Source: Tubiluchus corallicola (Eukaryota; Animalia; Priapulida). Taken from it: DNA of 64,000 nt. A program made the translations under genes and the position numbers. Positions 39,501-53,306 of this stretch are shown piece by piece. The stretch covers positions 1-64,000 of the forward strand of contig JAQGDQ010000383.1 in NCBI GenBank assembly GCA_030141605.1, in the 5' to 3' direction. The number at the start of each line of letters is the position of its first letter. The first letter of the stretch is position 1. Under the pieces are notes generated by a model, which worked only from the letters and a program-made list of their open reading frames with translations, was not told where the DNA came from and searched no databases.

Positions 39501-40687
39501 GGCTACCGTGGCCGAAGGTTAGGCATAAAAAAATATGGCTACATCTCACCAAAACAGCGATGTTATAATAATTATTGCGCTTTACCCATTTTTTAAGTTA
39601 AAAAAATACACCTTTACATGACTACGTCAGATAAGTATATGAATATATTAAAAAAACTATAAAATTCATGTGCATGTGACAAAAAATAGTACCTGTGCAA
39701 TTAGAAGGAAACAGAAATTTTTTTATTGTCGGCCTTAAAATAAAGGCACCATACTTACACTTCTCTGATGTTTTTCTGTAGGACTCTTTCTCCTAAAATG
39801 TTCTACCCGCTGCCGTACTTCCAACTGAAATTCCTTCAATTTTCTTGCTTTTTCTTCTTGCTGTCTTAAATGACGTCGTTGTTCATCATGAGCATTCTAT
39901 TGAAAAAGAATTAAAACTAACAATGGCATAAACCTCATAGATTATCAAATCTTAAAGTTTGTAGGAATTCTCAGAATTTAAGTAGTTATAATAACCTTAA
40001 TTTTAAGCTTATTAGTTTTCTTCAACTTTCTTAAGTGCAAAACATGTTCTAAATGAATTCCTATAATTCACTATTCTCCAACATTTCCAAGTTTTCATTT
40101 ACTCACGCTAAAGTACCCAAGTATTAAGTAATTAGATTATTTTTTAATTAATTAAAAATAAATTGACACTAACAGTAACATATTTCTTGAGCAAATACTA
40201 GCCAGACAAATAAGTTTTCGATTAATTGACATTTTGCCACTTGGCATGTATAAGAAAATTTGACCAAAGGAATGTTTAAAACAAGTTCTTAGATTTTCAT
40301 AACCGATTGGTATTAAATCGAAGTGACACTAAACTTTGAATTCAATTACATTAATTATTGCATCCTAGCACACCATTTTTGTAGTTACCATCAAACTCAG
40401 AAAGTAAATAAAAAATAGTATAACATATAACTCTGCAGCAAAGATTTTAATATTACTTATGAGTCCACCACTAGTAAATTAATGGAGTAAATCGCCTTAG
40501 CGAAATTTCGTGATCGTACTAAATCGTATCGTTAGAGTTCAACAATACTGGGCTATAAATATGTTATACTAACTTTAATACTCATATTATCACGATTTAC
40601 ACTGGAGCCCGGGGTTTCTGCCCAAGCCTCAACGGGACGCATTTCGACGTTTCGACATCCTAAGTTTTTCCGATATATTCTCCTCAT
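33519..40687 (-). CDS. CCDC15: Coiled-coil domain-containing protein 15 (centriolar); 9 coding exons, 372 aa
   Basis: Exons 40687-40601, 39896-39759, 38936-38732, 37801-37649, 36770-36614, 35277-35204, 34907-34799, 34495-34347, 33565-33519 (1119 nt, all GT-AG, phases compatible). N-terminal RNVEMRPVEAWAE and LKEFQLEVRQRV, central KRLFSNNERRRMKNE, and C-terminal IPPLCPCHPSVWDADTNLCAVNCVFYRKP match recalled CCDC15 blocks. Confidence 0.85.
33790..33840 (-). mobile_element. hAT-like MITE family, terminal fragment
   Basis: ggattatcctataggttagcataggctgcagcct is the reverse complement of the right end of copies 1 and 3. Confidence 0.65.
37993..38353 (+). mobile_element. hAT-like MITE family, copy 3 (CCDC15 intron 3)
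   Basis: cggattatgaccatttggggcccctag...ggataatccg. Confidence 0.75.
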
Positions 40688-43365
40688 ATTTCAAGTTGAC
40701 AGGACACAACTGCTGCTACGGCATAATTTGTGCCACCCGCACGTAAAAAATAAACGACAGTTTTAATTAGATTAGCAAGCAAGCATTCACGTAAGCTTTC
40801 AATAATTCAAAACGCTGCCATGCTGCCGCCCATATTGTATTGTCTAAGATGTCCCGATTCCATGAACGCACGCATTCTTTTGAGAAATTCTTCTTTTACC
40901 CATTATCATGTTGTGTGAATCGCGTGCACTCAATACGAACTTCTCTTGCGCGATACTTAATTAAATTTTGTTCAACAGAAATAACATGCTGCCCGGAAGT
41001 ATAACGCTCACCTAAGCATTGACTCCCAAATACTTCTCTTACAACATTCATTTAAAGAGAATTTATTTACAACATTCATATAAATTTTTCATCAAGTATT
41101 TCATCCACAAGGAAAAGTAATGAAACTATTTAAACCATGGTTGGCAGTTTTTACTTTTAGTAGAAATGCTTTCACGGAAGTTCAAAACAGTGTATAGCGT
41201 TATAGTTTGAACAGTGATTAAAAGTCATTCAGTTTTCATGTTGGTCAGAAAGTGATAGTTCTGTAACTTTGCAAGTTATTATTTTTGATTGCAGCATTTT
41301 TTGTTGTTTGGTCGTGGGGAATCTCATTTTTGTGTGCTTCTACCACTGCACGCTCGTATTACTTGTTGCTTCCAATGAACTAAATAATCCTTTTCAATGA
41401 GTTGCTTCTCACGCGAGGTACATAGAGCGTCACTTTTGCTTCTTCTGCGTTGGTCTTTTATGTTTGAAGGGAAAAGCTGCTTCTATTACTATTTTTAATC
41501 AAATTATTCAAAACCTTTATTACTAAAAAGATGTGTAATGACATTAAATTTTTAGTAAGGCTTTAACTAGTGTAAGCACCATTGCCATCTGATTAATTGT
41601 ATGTCCATCTTCCTGCTCAGTGATAATTGGATATGATTTCTGTGTATTTTGTCTTGTACTTGTATGTGATGTAGAATCTAGTGTTAATATAATAAAAAAC
41701 AAAATAGATACATTTTGTGGCAGTCTCCTTCTTGGCCTCTTCTTTGTTTCTTTGTAGTCATTCGGTTACTCTGAGAACCAGGTCTTGTCATATAGATTCC
41801 GATAGAGTTTGTTGATGTTCCACCTCTGTTCCGTGCTTCAAATGTGAATATCTTCAATCCTTCCACTTTGATTTGGCACAGGGACAGCCTTCAATAAGTG
41901 CCTACAGCTGCTGCTGCTCTTGCTCCACTTCGTAACCACTACCACTATTACTATCATTACCACTACCACTACCACTACCACTACTGCTAATACTAATCAA
42001 ACATGGTGTGCGCCAAGGTAAAACAGGAAATAGAAGAAGGTAAGTCCGGCCCTACCTGGTGCAAAAGTGGTTCATCCATCTTTTATCATATAGACGCTTT
42101 TTTGTTCTATTAATGCAATAGTGATGCTAATATTTGCAAAAACAAATAAATAGCATATACTTGTAATTTTGTAATTATTATATACATCAATGTTCTCAAA
42201 ATGAGAAGCGGTTACTGATTAGTAGGTATTATAAAATTGATCAGATCTACTGCTGATAAACGCGTTAAATATTATAATCTCTATAGATTGCAAACTGTAA
42301 AACTAAGGGCATTGAATGCTAGAGCTAGTTGCACGCGCGTAAAAGCGCTAGATTTCTGTGTTAAATAAACTTTCTTGCTATGTGCGTTGTCGAGAAAAAC
42401 TCGAAATTTTTCTGAAAATTTCCTAATTTTCTGACAACAATTCCGTGCGTCGTTTTTCTTGCGTCATCTGTGTGAAATATGCCTAATGCTGTCTAAACAC
42501 TGTACGCAATTTGCTCGCAATGTGGGAGAAGCTATTCTTTTTCGTTGTTTTTTCTTTTTCGTTCGTATTGTAAATCAAAACAATAAATGTACCAGGATAA
42601 TAGGTATTATATCGTTATAAGAGGGAAAAATGAATCAGACGTTGTTTAGTGGGATTTCAGGATTTAAGGTGCACTATTTTAGCGGAAATAGCGTCAAACA
42701 GACTGCCAAACGTAGTTGAGCGTATGCAAGATACAATGACATGATATTGCTTCAATTTCAATGGCTGGGGCGTTTCCAGATCAAAATAACGTTGCATAGC
42801 CCATTGTCCAGTATAGACTTCAAACAAGAAAGTACTGAAACTGTGATTTATACAAAATATCGGCAGGATACAAATTTAAGCGTGCACACAGTATTAACTG
42901 CTTCAACAGCTATTATTTTAGGCTAGGGTTAACGATGTACTTTTCCTAAATTAATATCTGTGAAATGACACTTTAGCGCACTATCCAGGCAGTGTTGCAC
43001 GAGCGTACACAGATACCTTTGAAGTATGTGTGTACATAAGCTTGAGTTTCAAATAAATTTTATCCATGTTTACTCGGTTTTGCGGCTTCGTAAATTTATT
43101 CACCTTTTGATATTCCTTCATTAAAGTTTGTGAGCGAAAATCGGTACAATAACAGTAATTAAAATATTATGTAAAACAACCCAGCAGCATAATTTGAAAC
43201 AATAGTAATATAGGCTGCGAAGGGATATGAGGCTAGGATTGAAGGAACGCATATTTTTCACTCATTTCTTAATTGTTAATTTATTGATCAAATTATGCAT
43301 TTGTTTAGTTTTCAGAATCTGTCCCCTGACTGTATATTCGTCGATACACCCATTTATTGATTCAA

Positions 43366-43640
43366 GCATTCGTTCTTTCGTTCGTTCATTCATTCACTCA
43401 TTCGTTCGTTCGTTCGCTCGCTCATTCGTTCGTCCGTCCGTCCGTCCGTTCGTTCGTCTTCGCTCATTCATTTATGTATTTATTTATTCATTCATTCATT
43501 CATTTATTCATTCATTCATTCATTCACTCATTCATTTATTTATTCATTCTTTCATTTATTCATTCATTCATTCTTTCATTCTTTCATTGACTTATTCATT
43601 TACTGACTCATCATTCCTTCGTGCGTTCATTCGTTCACGC
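43366..43640. repeat. (TTCA/TTCG)n compound microsatellite
   Basis: Direct reading. Explains the FIHS-rich ORFs. Confidence 0.95.
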
Positions 43641-45004
43641 GTTTATCTATTCTCTCACTTGGAATAATTATGTTCATATTTATGTCCATATTTATTTTTC
43701 TCATTTTTCTTTCATTTTATAACCTACATCCTTTCATGACAGATTTTTGCTTCATTCAACTATTATTATTGTTGTTGTTGTTGATGATGATGATGATGAT
43801 GATGATGATGTTGTTAACCAGGGACTGTTGAATGTATTATACACAAAACTTTTATAGCGTATTCTGTGTCGCTGCATTAAACAAGTAAGCGTACTTATAG
43901 CGTACCAGTGGCGCGTTACATAAAAGTAACTTTATAATAAGTAAATGCGTATACAACCCTACACAGTACACACATTAAAATGAAAATGATAAAACAGATG
44001 AGTTTTAAGTTTTTTCCAAAAAAAATCTGGAAGCAGATTTTATTTTGTCGGACTGCGTCACGATCGATCTACAAAAGTTTTAAGGCTTAATTTTGAACAC
44101 TGTTGCATATTATCAATACAGCAATCAGGTAAACCATATAACAGAAACAGTCTGCAGTTAGGTGCGGAATTTATTGGACATTTATCAAACTCACGGTTTC
44201 GTTTGGCGACATTAACTTTTGAAAGTCATGTGAAATTTAACGCCCGTATTTTCAAGAAGTTACCTTGAAGGAAGTGGACAAACAGACGACATCACCGAAA
44301 ACAGCACGTAGTTTTACACGACGTTACAGTCAGTGCAGCGTTATTCAAGTCGATAGTTTTTTCAATATAAAGAGTCCTCCTTAAATAGAGCTCAATGTTT
44401 TGATAAATCACAACAAACTAATGCATTTTCTTCGCCAGTAAGAATAATTTGGCGAGTGATTGCAACAGTAATCCGCACCAACCAAGCACCTGATCTACTG
44501 CAATACATACATCGCTTCTTGGCCAAGCTGACATTACACTGAACGGTAGGACTCACTAAGAATTATAAAAAGTTGAGGTGGGACCGTAATCTATCATAAA
44601 CAATAACAAGATGAAACAATGAACAGGGAAAGATTTGCTTATGGTGGTTTATACTTCATCTCTTTTTGATTACTTTGACATGTCAGGTTTTTTCAACAAC
44701 CTACATATTTGAATAATATTGTTTGCGGCGTACGTCGTAATGATTTATACTGTAATGCGAAATACGAACGGATGGCCGGTGACCTTGAGTGAATAGCTTG
44801 AGTCAGTTACACAAAATTGCGCTGAGAAGTAAAAAGTGACAAAGCAATCTCAAAAAATTAGCTGGCAGCTAACGATATCATTAATTAACTAGATTATGAC
44901 TGTGATTGCCAGACTGTTTATCATAAACCATTGCGGTTTATTTTGTGCGCTACACGTTACTGTCCGCTACAAGGAGGAAATCTCGTGCCTATTGTGTCAT
45001 GCTG

Positions 45005-45068
45005 GACTAGTAGCTGGCAGAGCATGGGAGAACGAATCCCAGATCTCTGGTTCAAATCCTGACTAGTC
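45005..45068 (+). other. tRNA-derived sequence (SINE head or tRNA pseudogene)
   Basis: B box GGTTCAAATCC (45049-45059), A-box-like TAGCTGGCAGAGC, anticodon-like stem TGGGA/TCCCA. The D arm is shortened and the loop is non-canonical. A related decayed copy may lie on the minus strand near 33655-33735. Confidence 0.55.
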
Positions 45069-46376
45069 AACAATTTTTCAGCCTGTCTTTTCGTTCTCCA
45101 AGTCATTACCTGCAATGGGTAATAGTTATTAAAAAAAGGGTGATTCAAGGCGTGATTCAGGCCTGGGTCTTAAAGCTTAAGTTTTGTGATTAGTTTTCAG
45201 CACTTCACCTTTTACACATTTCGCCCAAACAAGGACAATGACCACTACTCAGTGTAAGGGACTACAGCATAAAAGTGAGGATATGAATATTTTACATGCA
45301 AAGAAATTACTTATAAGCTAATTATTTAGCGGCAGAAGCTATCTGTTGACATTCTTATAGAATCGAGTGAGGTTGTAATTTTTAGGCAGACAAGTTTCTA
45401 GTAGAGAATTTCACAGGTAAGAATCCTGAGGAGAAAAGACTACATTCACTAGCAACTGCCCTGGGAATGTCTGCACTGGCTTTTTGAACAGCTACTTATA
45501 TTCTATAAACGTCTCCGTGATATGGCTCCAGAATACCTCTATAAAATTGAGAAGCCTATATTCAAAGCAGCAGAAAAGCGAGCTTACGACGTTACGCATG
45601 ATTCGAGTTGTGAAGTCATACTAACTGCTATTAGTACATTTCTAAGGATTAAAAATTAACTAGACTACTGAAGTTACGCGCACATGTGTACATATGTGTA
45701 TCCTATCGCAAGATACGTTTGACGTACCCACCTTTAACAAAAAACCCCTCCTAAACTCGTTTCAAAGCTAACTAGAAGAAGATGAAAAACTCATAAGTAT
45801 GTAAATATTTGAAGAAAAGTAGAAAGTCATGCAGCAGGTGCGCGGCTTGTTTCGCAAGTAGTTTTCGTATTGATGAAGCCCTCAATTTAATGGCTAGAAA
45901 CTCGACGATGTACAACTTGTTTCAATTTTCCGTTGCTCGATTTGTCAGTTAGGCGTGTAATCCGTTCGCAATTTAGTAATGAGTTTAGTTATTAGAGAAA
46001 ATCGTCCCAAGAATCAATTAGTAAGCAAGCATTCTCCGCGTCTTGCGGCGGGACGCTGAGCAAACGACTGACCAAAGGCAAACTATGCGCAAATGACGTC
46101 ACTTGTGCAGCTGAGAGGGAGGAAGAAGCTAGAGGAAAATAAAGGCAATCAGTAAAGCAGCAATCAAGCAGTAGATGCCGAAGTGGTTTCTTCTGAACTT
46201 GATCGCTTGCTTGCTTGTTGGTGCATTGATTTACAAGTGGCTCGTCATAGTGGCACAACTGGTAATAACGCGTCTATGAGCTGTGAAGCCAGCATGAGAC
46301 AGCGGCAGAAAAACTTCTTCCTTGGAACGTTTATTAATGTCACGCCGAAGATAAGTGAATTCGCGCATTCGTAATA

Positions 46377-47756
46377 ATGGCCATTGTTGATGTGGTGAGT
46401 GAATTGGAGGCAAATTGGAATGAAACAATGGACAACTACAGTGTTACAGATTCTGCTGTCATTGTTGCCATCGAGGAATCGGTGCTAGTCTCGTTGCTAT
46501 GTTCACTTGTCATTGTTGCCACCATCGCGGGTAACATACTAGTGATATTGTCAGTTTTCACATACAGACCTTTACGGCAAGTGCAGAATTTCTTCATCGT
46601 TTCGTTGTCTTTTGCGGACTTAGCCGTTGCATTGTTAGTAATGCCGTTTCACATTGTAAACTTCGTTGCCGGTTACTGGATTTTCGGACACGTTTTTTGC
46701 CTAATGTGGCTGACTAGTGATGTGTTATGTTGTACGGCTTCCATACTCAACCTGTGTGCCATTGCCATTGATAGGTACTTCGCCATTCACGATCCAATTA
46801 ACTATGCACAGAAAAGAACACGAAGACGTGTATTGTGGACAATCACTATTGTTTGGGTTTTAAGTTGGCTGATATCCATGCCACCCCTATTTGGCTGGAA
46901 CGATTGGGCAAGGAATGATTTAGATGGCTTGAGCACTTGTAAACTGACCAGTGAAAAGGGTTACGTGATTTATTCTTCTTCCGGTTCATTCTACATCCCG
47001 CTGATCATCATGACAACGGTTTACGGCAAAATTTTTTTAGCCACCCGTAGAAAACTGCGTGAACGGGCAAAAATGTCTAAGCAGGTATTCGAGAACACGT
47101 CGATTTTGGATTGTAAGTTACAACGGGACTCAGACGATCAGCCCAGCGATACCCAGATGGATACAGCAATGGAGATGTCAACGGTTGTAACACCTGTTGC
47201 ACAGAACTCTTTGAGCGTTAATGGTGCAACCCGCAACGCCTTTTTGCAAGTTGACAAAGGACCGACCGTTACCACTCCGTTGCGCCGGGCTTCTACAATA
47301 AATACGTGTGAAACTCACGAAAACAGAAATGCTTCCATGTCAAATTTAAGTGTGAATTCCACCTTATTTCCGGCGCATTTTGCACGAAACGCTTTACTGG
47401 CAGTAAGTTCCTTGAGGGACAGTCACGGTCACCGCGAACAGCGCCACCTACGGAGATCTTCCGCGCGACAAGTGCGAACATTCCTGGAAGAAAAACAGCG
47501 AATTTCTCTGTCCAAAGAGCGTCGGGCTGCTAAAACAATGGCTATAATAATGGGAGCCTTTGTCTTGTGTTGGCTTCCGTTTTTTCTCATGTATGTCATT
47601 TTGCCGTTCTGTGGTAGCTGCCATGCTAGCTTCAGGCTGGTCAATTTTTTGACGTGGTTGGGTTATGTTAACTCCGCTTTAAACCCATTGATTTACACGA
47701 TTTTTAACATTGACTTTCGGCGGGCATTTAAAAAACTGTTGAGTACTAAATGCTAG
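46377..47756 (+). CDS. Type-1 tyramine receptor (Oct/TyrR-like class A GPCR), intronless CDS, 459 aa
   Basis: Seven hydrophobic segments; GN, SLSFADLAV, amine-binding Asp in SDVLCCTASILNLCAIAIDRY, DPINYAQKRT, TM5 serines YSSSGSFYIP, ISLSKERRAAKT, CWLPFFLMYVILPFC, NPLIY. The DPINYAQKRT and ISLSKERRAA blocks are typical of invertebrate TyrR1. Confidence 0.95.
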   Translation: MAIVDVVSELEANWNETMDNYSVTDSAVIVAIEESVLVSLLCSLVIVATIAGNILVILSVFTYRPLRQVQNFFIVSLSFADLAVALLVMPFHIVNFVAGYWIFGHVFCLMWLTSDVLCCTASILNLCAIAIDRYFAIHDPINYAQKRTRRRVLWTITIVWVLSWLISMPPLFGWNDWARNDLDGLSTCKLTSEKGYVIYSSSGSFYIPLIIMTTVYGKIFLATRRKLRERAKMSKQVFENTSILDCKLQRDSDDQPSDTQMDTAMEMSTVVTPVAQNSLSVNGATRNAFLQVDKGPTVTTPLRRASTINTCETHENRNASMSNLSVNSTLFPAHFARNALLAVSSLRDSHGHREQRHLRRSSARQVRTFLEEKQRISLSKERRAAKTMAIIMGAFVLCWLPFFLMYVILPFCGSCHASFRLVNFLTWLGYVNSALNPLIYTIFNIDFRRAFKKLLSTKC

Positions 47757-50409
47757 AAATATGACAGTCTTTCAACATTGTTAACGTATCCCCATTTGCG
47801 GAGATCTTTGTTTTATATTTTATAAGTTTTAAACTTTCATTGGTTCTTTTTTTGCAAATGCAAGAAGTATTCTAGAAGGCTTCCTTTCGATTCAAAACTC
47901 TCTGTGGATTACAAAACTTTTTGAAATTTCGCCGCGAATAGCACTAAATTGGTTGCAAGCAGTGATATGATTTCTTCAAAATGTAATAATATAATAGCTC
48001 TGAAGAAATTGAAATTGAGTGCATTGGTCATTGGGGAATCCACAGCTCGCGAATGTGAAAGATAGCTTAGAATCAGTAAGTTAAAAACAAATTTCGATTT
48101 ATTTTATGAATGTGTAGAAGTGCAAGAATTTTGTCAGGCATCGATTTGCTGTTATAAGTTGTTATCCCTTTTTATTGGATAAAGAATTTCTTGGGTGACA
48201 CTTTTTTCAGTTGCCATGCGGCAATGGAAAAAGTTTTTTTTGCCATTTTTAAACAATTTCTACATCTTTAATTTTCGGGGAGAAATTGGTATTACTCACT
48301 GAAACCTAATTTAAAAATGCATAATACCAAGTAGGTTTGGTAGTACAATTGTGCATTTATAAGAAATCATCATGCATTGACAAACAGAAGCCTTTAAATG
48401 ACAGAGCGTAAGGGGGTGGGGGTTTGAGGTGGTGTCATTCGAGATAATAACTGATGTACGCACTTAGATGGGAGCTGGATTCTTGTACGGCTCTTCGCTG
48501 AATATGATTTACAGTTAACAGAACATGTACTTGAACGAGTCTTAAAATACGTTTATTTGACGAAAAGTTTATTGCCTTCTACAAATTTAGAAAGTGTATG
48601 AATGTGTGTTTCGGCTTGAATATAGGGTGCATTTTAGGAATTAAAGCATTTCTAAAGAAATCCATTACAATGCATGTCGTAAAACATCTTGTGTATTCGT
48701 GGTTGAACAGTTTGTAAAAGAGCTGGATAAACAATCGTTTCTTTGTTGCGACAGGTGATAGATAGACCGCTTGATTATATAATAAATATTGAATAATCAA
48801 AATATTTATACGTAAAACTTATAACTATTATAACTAGTACCTTCAACACAAACTAACATAAGAAATGTCAGCGACTGAGCAATAAATGAAAGATTACGCA
48901 ATAGATGAAAGTGCTACAAAAGTTCTAATGCTAAAACAAACAGAAACCGATTTCTGCTAAAACTGTTAGTTTAAAAACGATTTTACTTGTTATACAAGAA
49001 AAAAGTTTAAATATGATCCTAAGTTAATGAAGACCATGGATCAATGATTATGAATTCATTGTCAATAAATACTAATGAGTGAATTTGCGCAAAGTTATAT
49101 CAACATTTTTACTTGGATTTAAGACCGCTTAATTTAATAAACTCTTCATTCTTAGCTGTTTCGTTGCTACTACAACAGAATAAAAGTCATTTTGTTGTTC
49201 TTAACAATAAAACTTGTTAATATCGCTGTCATGAAGTTACACGTGTGTTAATCACTACAATGTATAGCTCTGTTGGCTCGGCTTATAATTGTTGTAAGTT
49301 GTTTCTACAACTGACTCTCAAATCGTAATTATATTACCATCACAATGAATAGTGTATTTTGGTTTGAAGCAATAATTTTTATTAAAAACGAGAAAATCAC
49401 AGGAAGATTTACAAGAGTCAAACATAGATACATTTGATTAAACACTGACAGCCCAAGAGAGAAAACCCAATTATTAAGCCTTTCATAATCATATTGAAAG
49501 TACGCAGCATAATTTAAAGGCGACCATCATGGAGCCAACAGTAAAATAGAAGGCGTGGACAATTTGTTATTGAAGACAGAGTTCCTCTTGTGAGACAGAA
49601 AGAAATGGTTGGTTTGGTTGAAATGTGTACAGGGCGGGAATAGCTTGTGGTATTAAAATGTATAAGATTACCATGAAAACAGCATGAAATGCAAAGGCGT
49701 AATACTTTGGTATGTAAATTACAGACGGAGAAATTGATAAAGTAAAACAGAAAAGGAAATAATCCGAAGGAACATCAAATAATTTGGGGTCCAAAGGTTA
49801 CACACACAACCATTATTTGCAGCTAAAATTACTTTAATAGTGCAGTAGTTTGTTTTTCTTCTTTCGATGACCGCCAAAGGAAAGGAATCAGGGTAAATTC
49901 GTTTCCCAGATAAGCTTTTCGCCGGAATTTTTTTCCCCAGAACCGGCATTTCACAGAAAATAAAATTCACAGAAAATGTCATAAATCCTTTTTAAAGCGC
50001 AGTGATGTATTACGCAGTAAAAAGTAGTTTGTTTCACTAAGTTTATTAAACTGTTTGTTTTGCAAAGTAACTACAGTGTTGATTAACAGGGATCAATTGA
50101 CCAAAATATTTGGCCAACTCGTTAAAGCAAAAAAGTAGATTTGCAACGTGAGAACGATTAGGTGGTCCTGCCGTAAAAGAACCTGTAAAAAATCTTGCAA
50201 AGGAGCATAATTTATTGGGCAAATGTTAGCCCTAAGACATTCACAAATTTGCGTGGTTCACAAAGCCTTGTTGTTTTCATTTTTCGTAGTAATTATTCAT
50301 TAAACTTGATTCCAAAACCTATGAAATCAATTGAATTCATTTTTTAATAGTCATTAGTCAAAGTGCTGTAGATAACTATATGAGTGCAGAAAAGGAAACA
50401 AGCAAAGAG

Positions 50410-50416
<7 letters not shown>

Positions 50417-50470
<54 letters not shown>
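50417..50470. repeat. (GA)n microsatellite
   Basis: Direct reading. Confidence 0.95.
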
Positions 50471-50475
<5 letters not shown>

Positions 50476-53055
50476 GGAGGAACAGAGGAAGATAGCGGAA
50501 TAGAGAGGGAGAAAGAACCAGACAGGGAAGAAGAGAATGAGAGGGAGGATGAGAGGGCTTGAAGGTAAAGAGGGAGCCTTTTTAACGGTAAGTCTTGGGG
50601 AAGAAATTAATGCAGATGATGCTCTGTAAAGTTTAAAAAATAATCAGAGCACCCGTAGAGGCACACTTCACCAACTAAGCAAATGTATAAATTACTTTCT
50701 AATGTCAATATTGTTATTAATATATTTTCGTGAGCCAATGACGTTTGTGGTGCACACTTGGATAATGAAACAGTGACAACAACGACGACAAGCGGACATT
50801 TATTCTTAACAAAATTATTAAGAATTTCTCAACAAATTATGAAGTATTTCCTTTTTACAGTTACGTATGTCTTTCAAACAAGTAAGCGCAATGCTAAGTA
50901 ACATAATTTTGTATCGAAAGTTTCTGAGACGTACCTTAGAATTCACTTTTCTTATCCTTTAGCAGCAAAATGAGGCTGCACTTATTTCCGGTCATGATCT
51001 AAATGACTCTCTCTCCAAATTACTACTTTTGGTTCATTTAGTTTAGGCGATTAGGAGTCATTCAACATGCAGCGACTGAAATGAGAAAACGTACATAGAT
51101 CATCCTTCTTCCTCTTCTTTTCCATTCGTCGGGCGTTTGTCTTCATTTGGTCTAGCTCTTGATTTTCCAACTCGATTTGTTGCTGGACTTTCAAAATGAC
51201 CTTTTCTAAACGAATCAAGAACGAATGCAACTAGTGCCCAAGTTTTGTTTTTGCCGCTACCTTTTTCATGTTTAGTTTTAGTTTCAAGTTTTCCAAGCAC
51301 GTAAGACGAAGAACGGTTTTTCTTTGACTTTGTACTCCGATTTGGATAGAATCACAAATAGAATTACACTTTGATGCAATGAATAACGAAAACAGTACTA
51401 ATAGTAATTAAATCAGCAGTAATAAACTAGCTTTTCTTAACATATATATATATATATTTATATATTGTATTTTCTCGTTTTTCTTTTTTTTCTTTTTCTT
51501 TCTTTTTCATGGCTTTGAATTTGCCGCAAAATTTAGTGGCAAACGTAGGCCTATATTGCTGTGCTATTTACTGTTCGTTTTAACTTGGGTAACCATTGTA
51601 TTTATACTAAAAATATATCTGCAATTAATTTCAGTAAAGAAAGTTGAGTGGAGTTTTTTTGCAAGGCGATCTTTTCTCTTCACGTTTGCATGACTGTATT
51701 AATCAAAACTAATTTTATATCAAGTTTACCTTGCTCTCGCATTAATTCCAAAAATTAGCAGCAATCAGTTTAACTATGCAACGTACGTCATCAATTCATC
51801 ATTTACTAGGATTTTACTAGTTACTATTGCATAGAAACTGATTGTACTAAAGGTAAATTATGGCACCATCAGTTCAAATGACGTCAGTTTTTTTGAAGTT
51901 AGAGATTTTTCTTGTAGACATGAAGATTCATTACAGTTAAACTTATTTATATTGATGATTTGCCACAGTGACAAATTTTTTTGCGACAGTGACTCAAAAG
52001 TTGTTTAACTTATCGTTGAATAAAGATACTTTTTTAATATGAATAAACAGCATCAAGGTGCATAATTATTATTTCATTTATTTACACATTTAGGTTTATT
52101 ATTTACGAATAAGAATATTTAAATTATTTATTAATTAAAATTTCTAGAAAAACTGCTCTAGAAATTACAATAGTGTACCGAAAATGCAATTTCTTGCTAA
52201 AACTACCTAATATAAGCCTAATTACACGAAAGTATTTTGTTACAGGTTATAGATTTTTGCTTACATTATTCAATACCATGCCATATGCGTTGCTTAGGTC
52301 TTCCTTTCTAGAATTCATATTTAGCCACACAGGTGAACATTTATATTTCATAATATCTCGCGAGGATAATAGGCGTGCACGGTCGTTATTGTTTTCATTG
52401 ATTTCTATCTCTTGCTGACCTAGACCAAGCACGTAAGTGTATTAATTACCGCTACGAAGAGAGAGTCTCTTGCACTGAAAGACATGACACGCACAATGTA
52501 AAAGCAGTCATGCGTGCCAATAAACTGATTGTATTTGAAGCTAGTTTTGGAAAACTCAATTGTGGCGTGTAAGTGAAGGGCTAGATTGCTAGGAACAGGG
52601 AATAGTCAAGGAAAGAAAGGGAAGCCGCTCGTTATGGACGAATAAACACAGGTTACAGGACGTATATGTGTAACTGTTGTACAAAAGCACAGAAAAATTA
52701 AAATGATTACAGATAAAATTGTAAGAGTTAGTTAGTTCGGAATGCGAAGCATTGTATTACCCGTTTATTGAGTTTTTTCAAGCCAATTGTTTAAATATGA
52801 CATTCAGATTTGCCGTTGCTGTGGAATCCGTTTGATGTTAAAATTTAGACTACGCAGTAACACAGTATAAAAACTGAGTAAAAAACTTGTAACACGAACA
52901 ACAAGAACGAGACCAGCATCAAGGCAAAATAGACCTTTTTGTAGAGTAACTTCGCAAGCAAGCAACCCAAAAAATTAAAGTAGAGATTTTCATTTAAAAG
53001 TTCAAGTCAAACAACCTGAGCAAAGAGTAGGAATTTGTATTGCAGATTAAAGTAT

Positions 53056-53306
53056 TGTTACGACCACCGGCATTCTGTTTAAGTTCAATCGACTTCCCAA
53101 TACCAGAATCAGTAAACAGAACTCGTCAACCCGACGGTTAAATAATTCAAAATACAACGTTTTATTTCAAAAGAATACATACACTTTTCACCAAGAAAAG
53201 ACAGAGGCGTCCATAACACATCATTAAACGACAACTTTCTCCTTTATATTCCTTGAGACTGACCGGGTGACTGCACGTCACCTGCCTACGTCTTCCGGTT
53301 ATAACA
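53056..53306 (-). mobile_element. Probable solo LTR (251 bp)
   Basis: TGTTA...TAACA inverted termini; flanks GTAT/ATAT (imperfect 4-bp TSD). Minus strand has TATAAA followed by AATAAA in LTR order. Confidence 0.6.

Noticed and set aside
43227-43667. 146-aa FIHS-rich ORF, and similar ORFs at 13355-13573, 55133-55605, 56097-56291 and 58378-58629
   Set aside because: Microsatellite translations.
9418-47756. Functional cluster linking the protease homolog, nuclease, MRPL41, CCDC15 and TyrR1
   Set aside because: Unrelated functions, mixed orientations and separate upstream regions; nothing in the sequence supports a co-regulated system.
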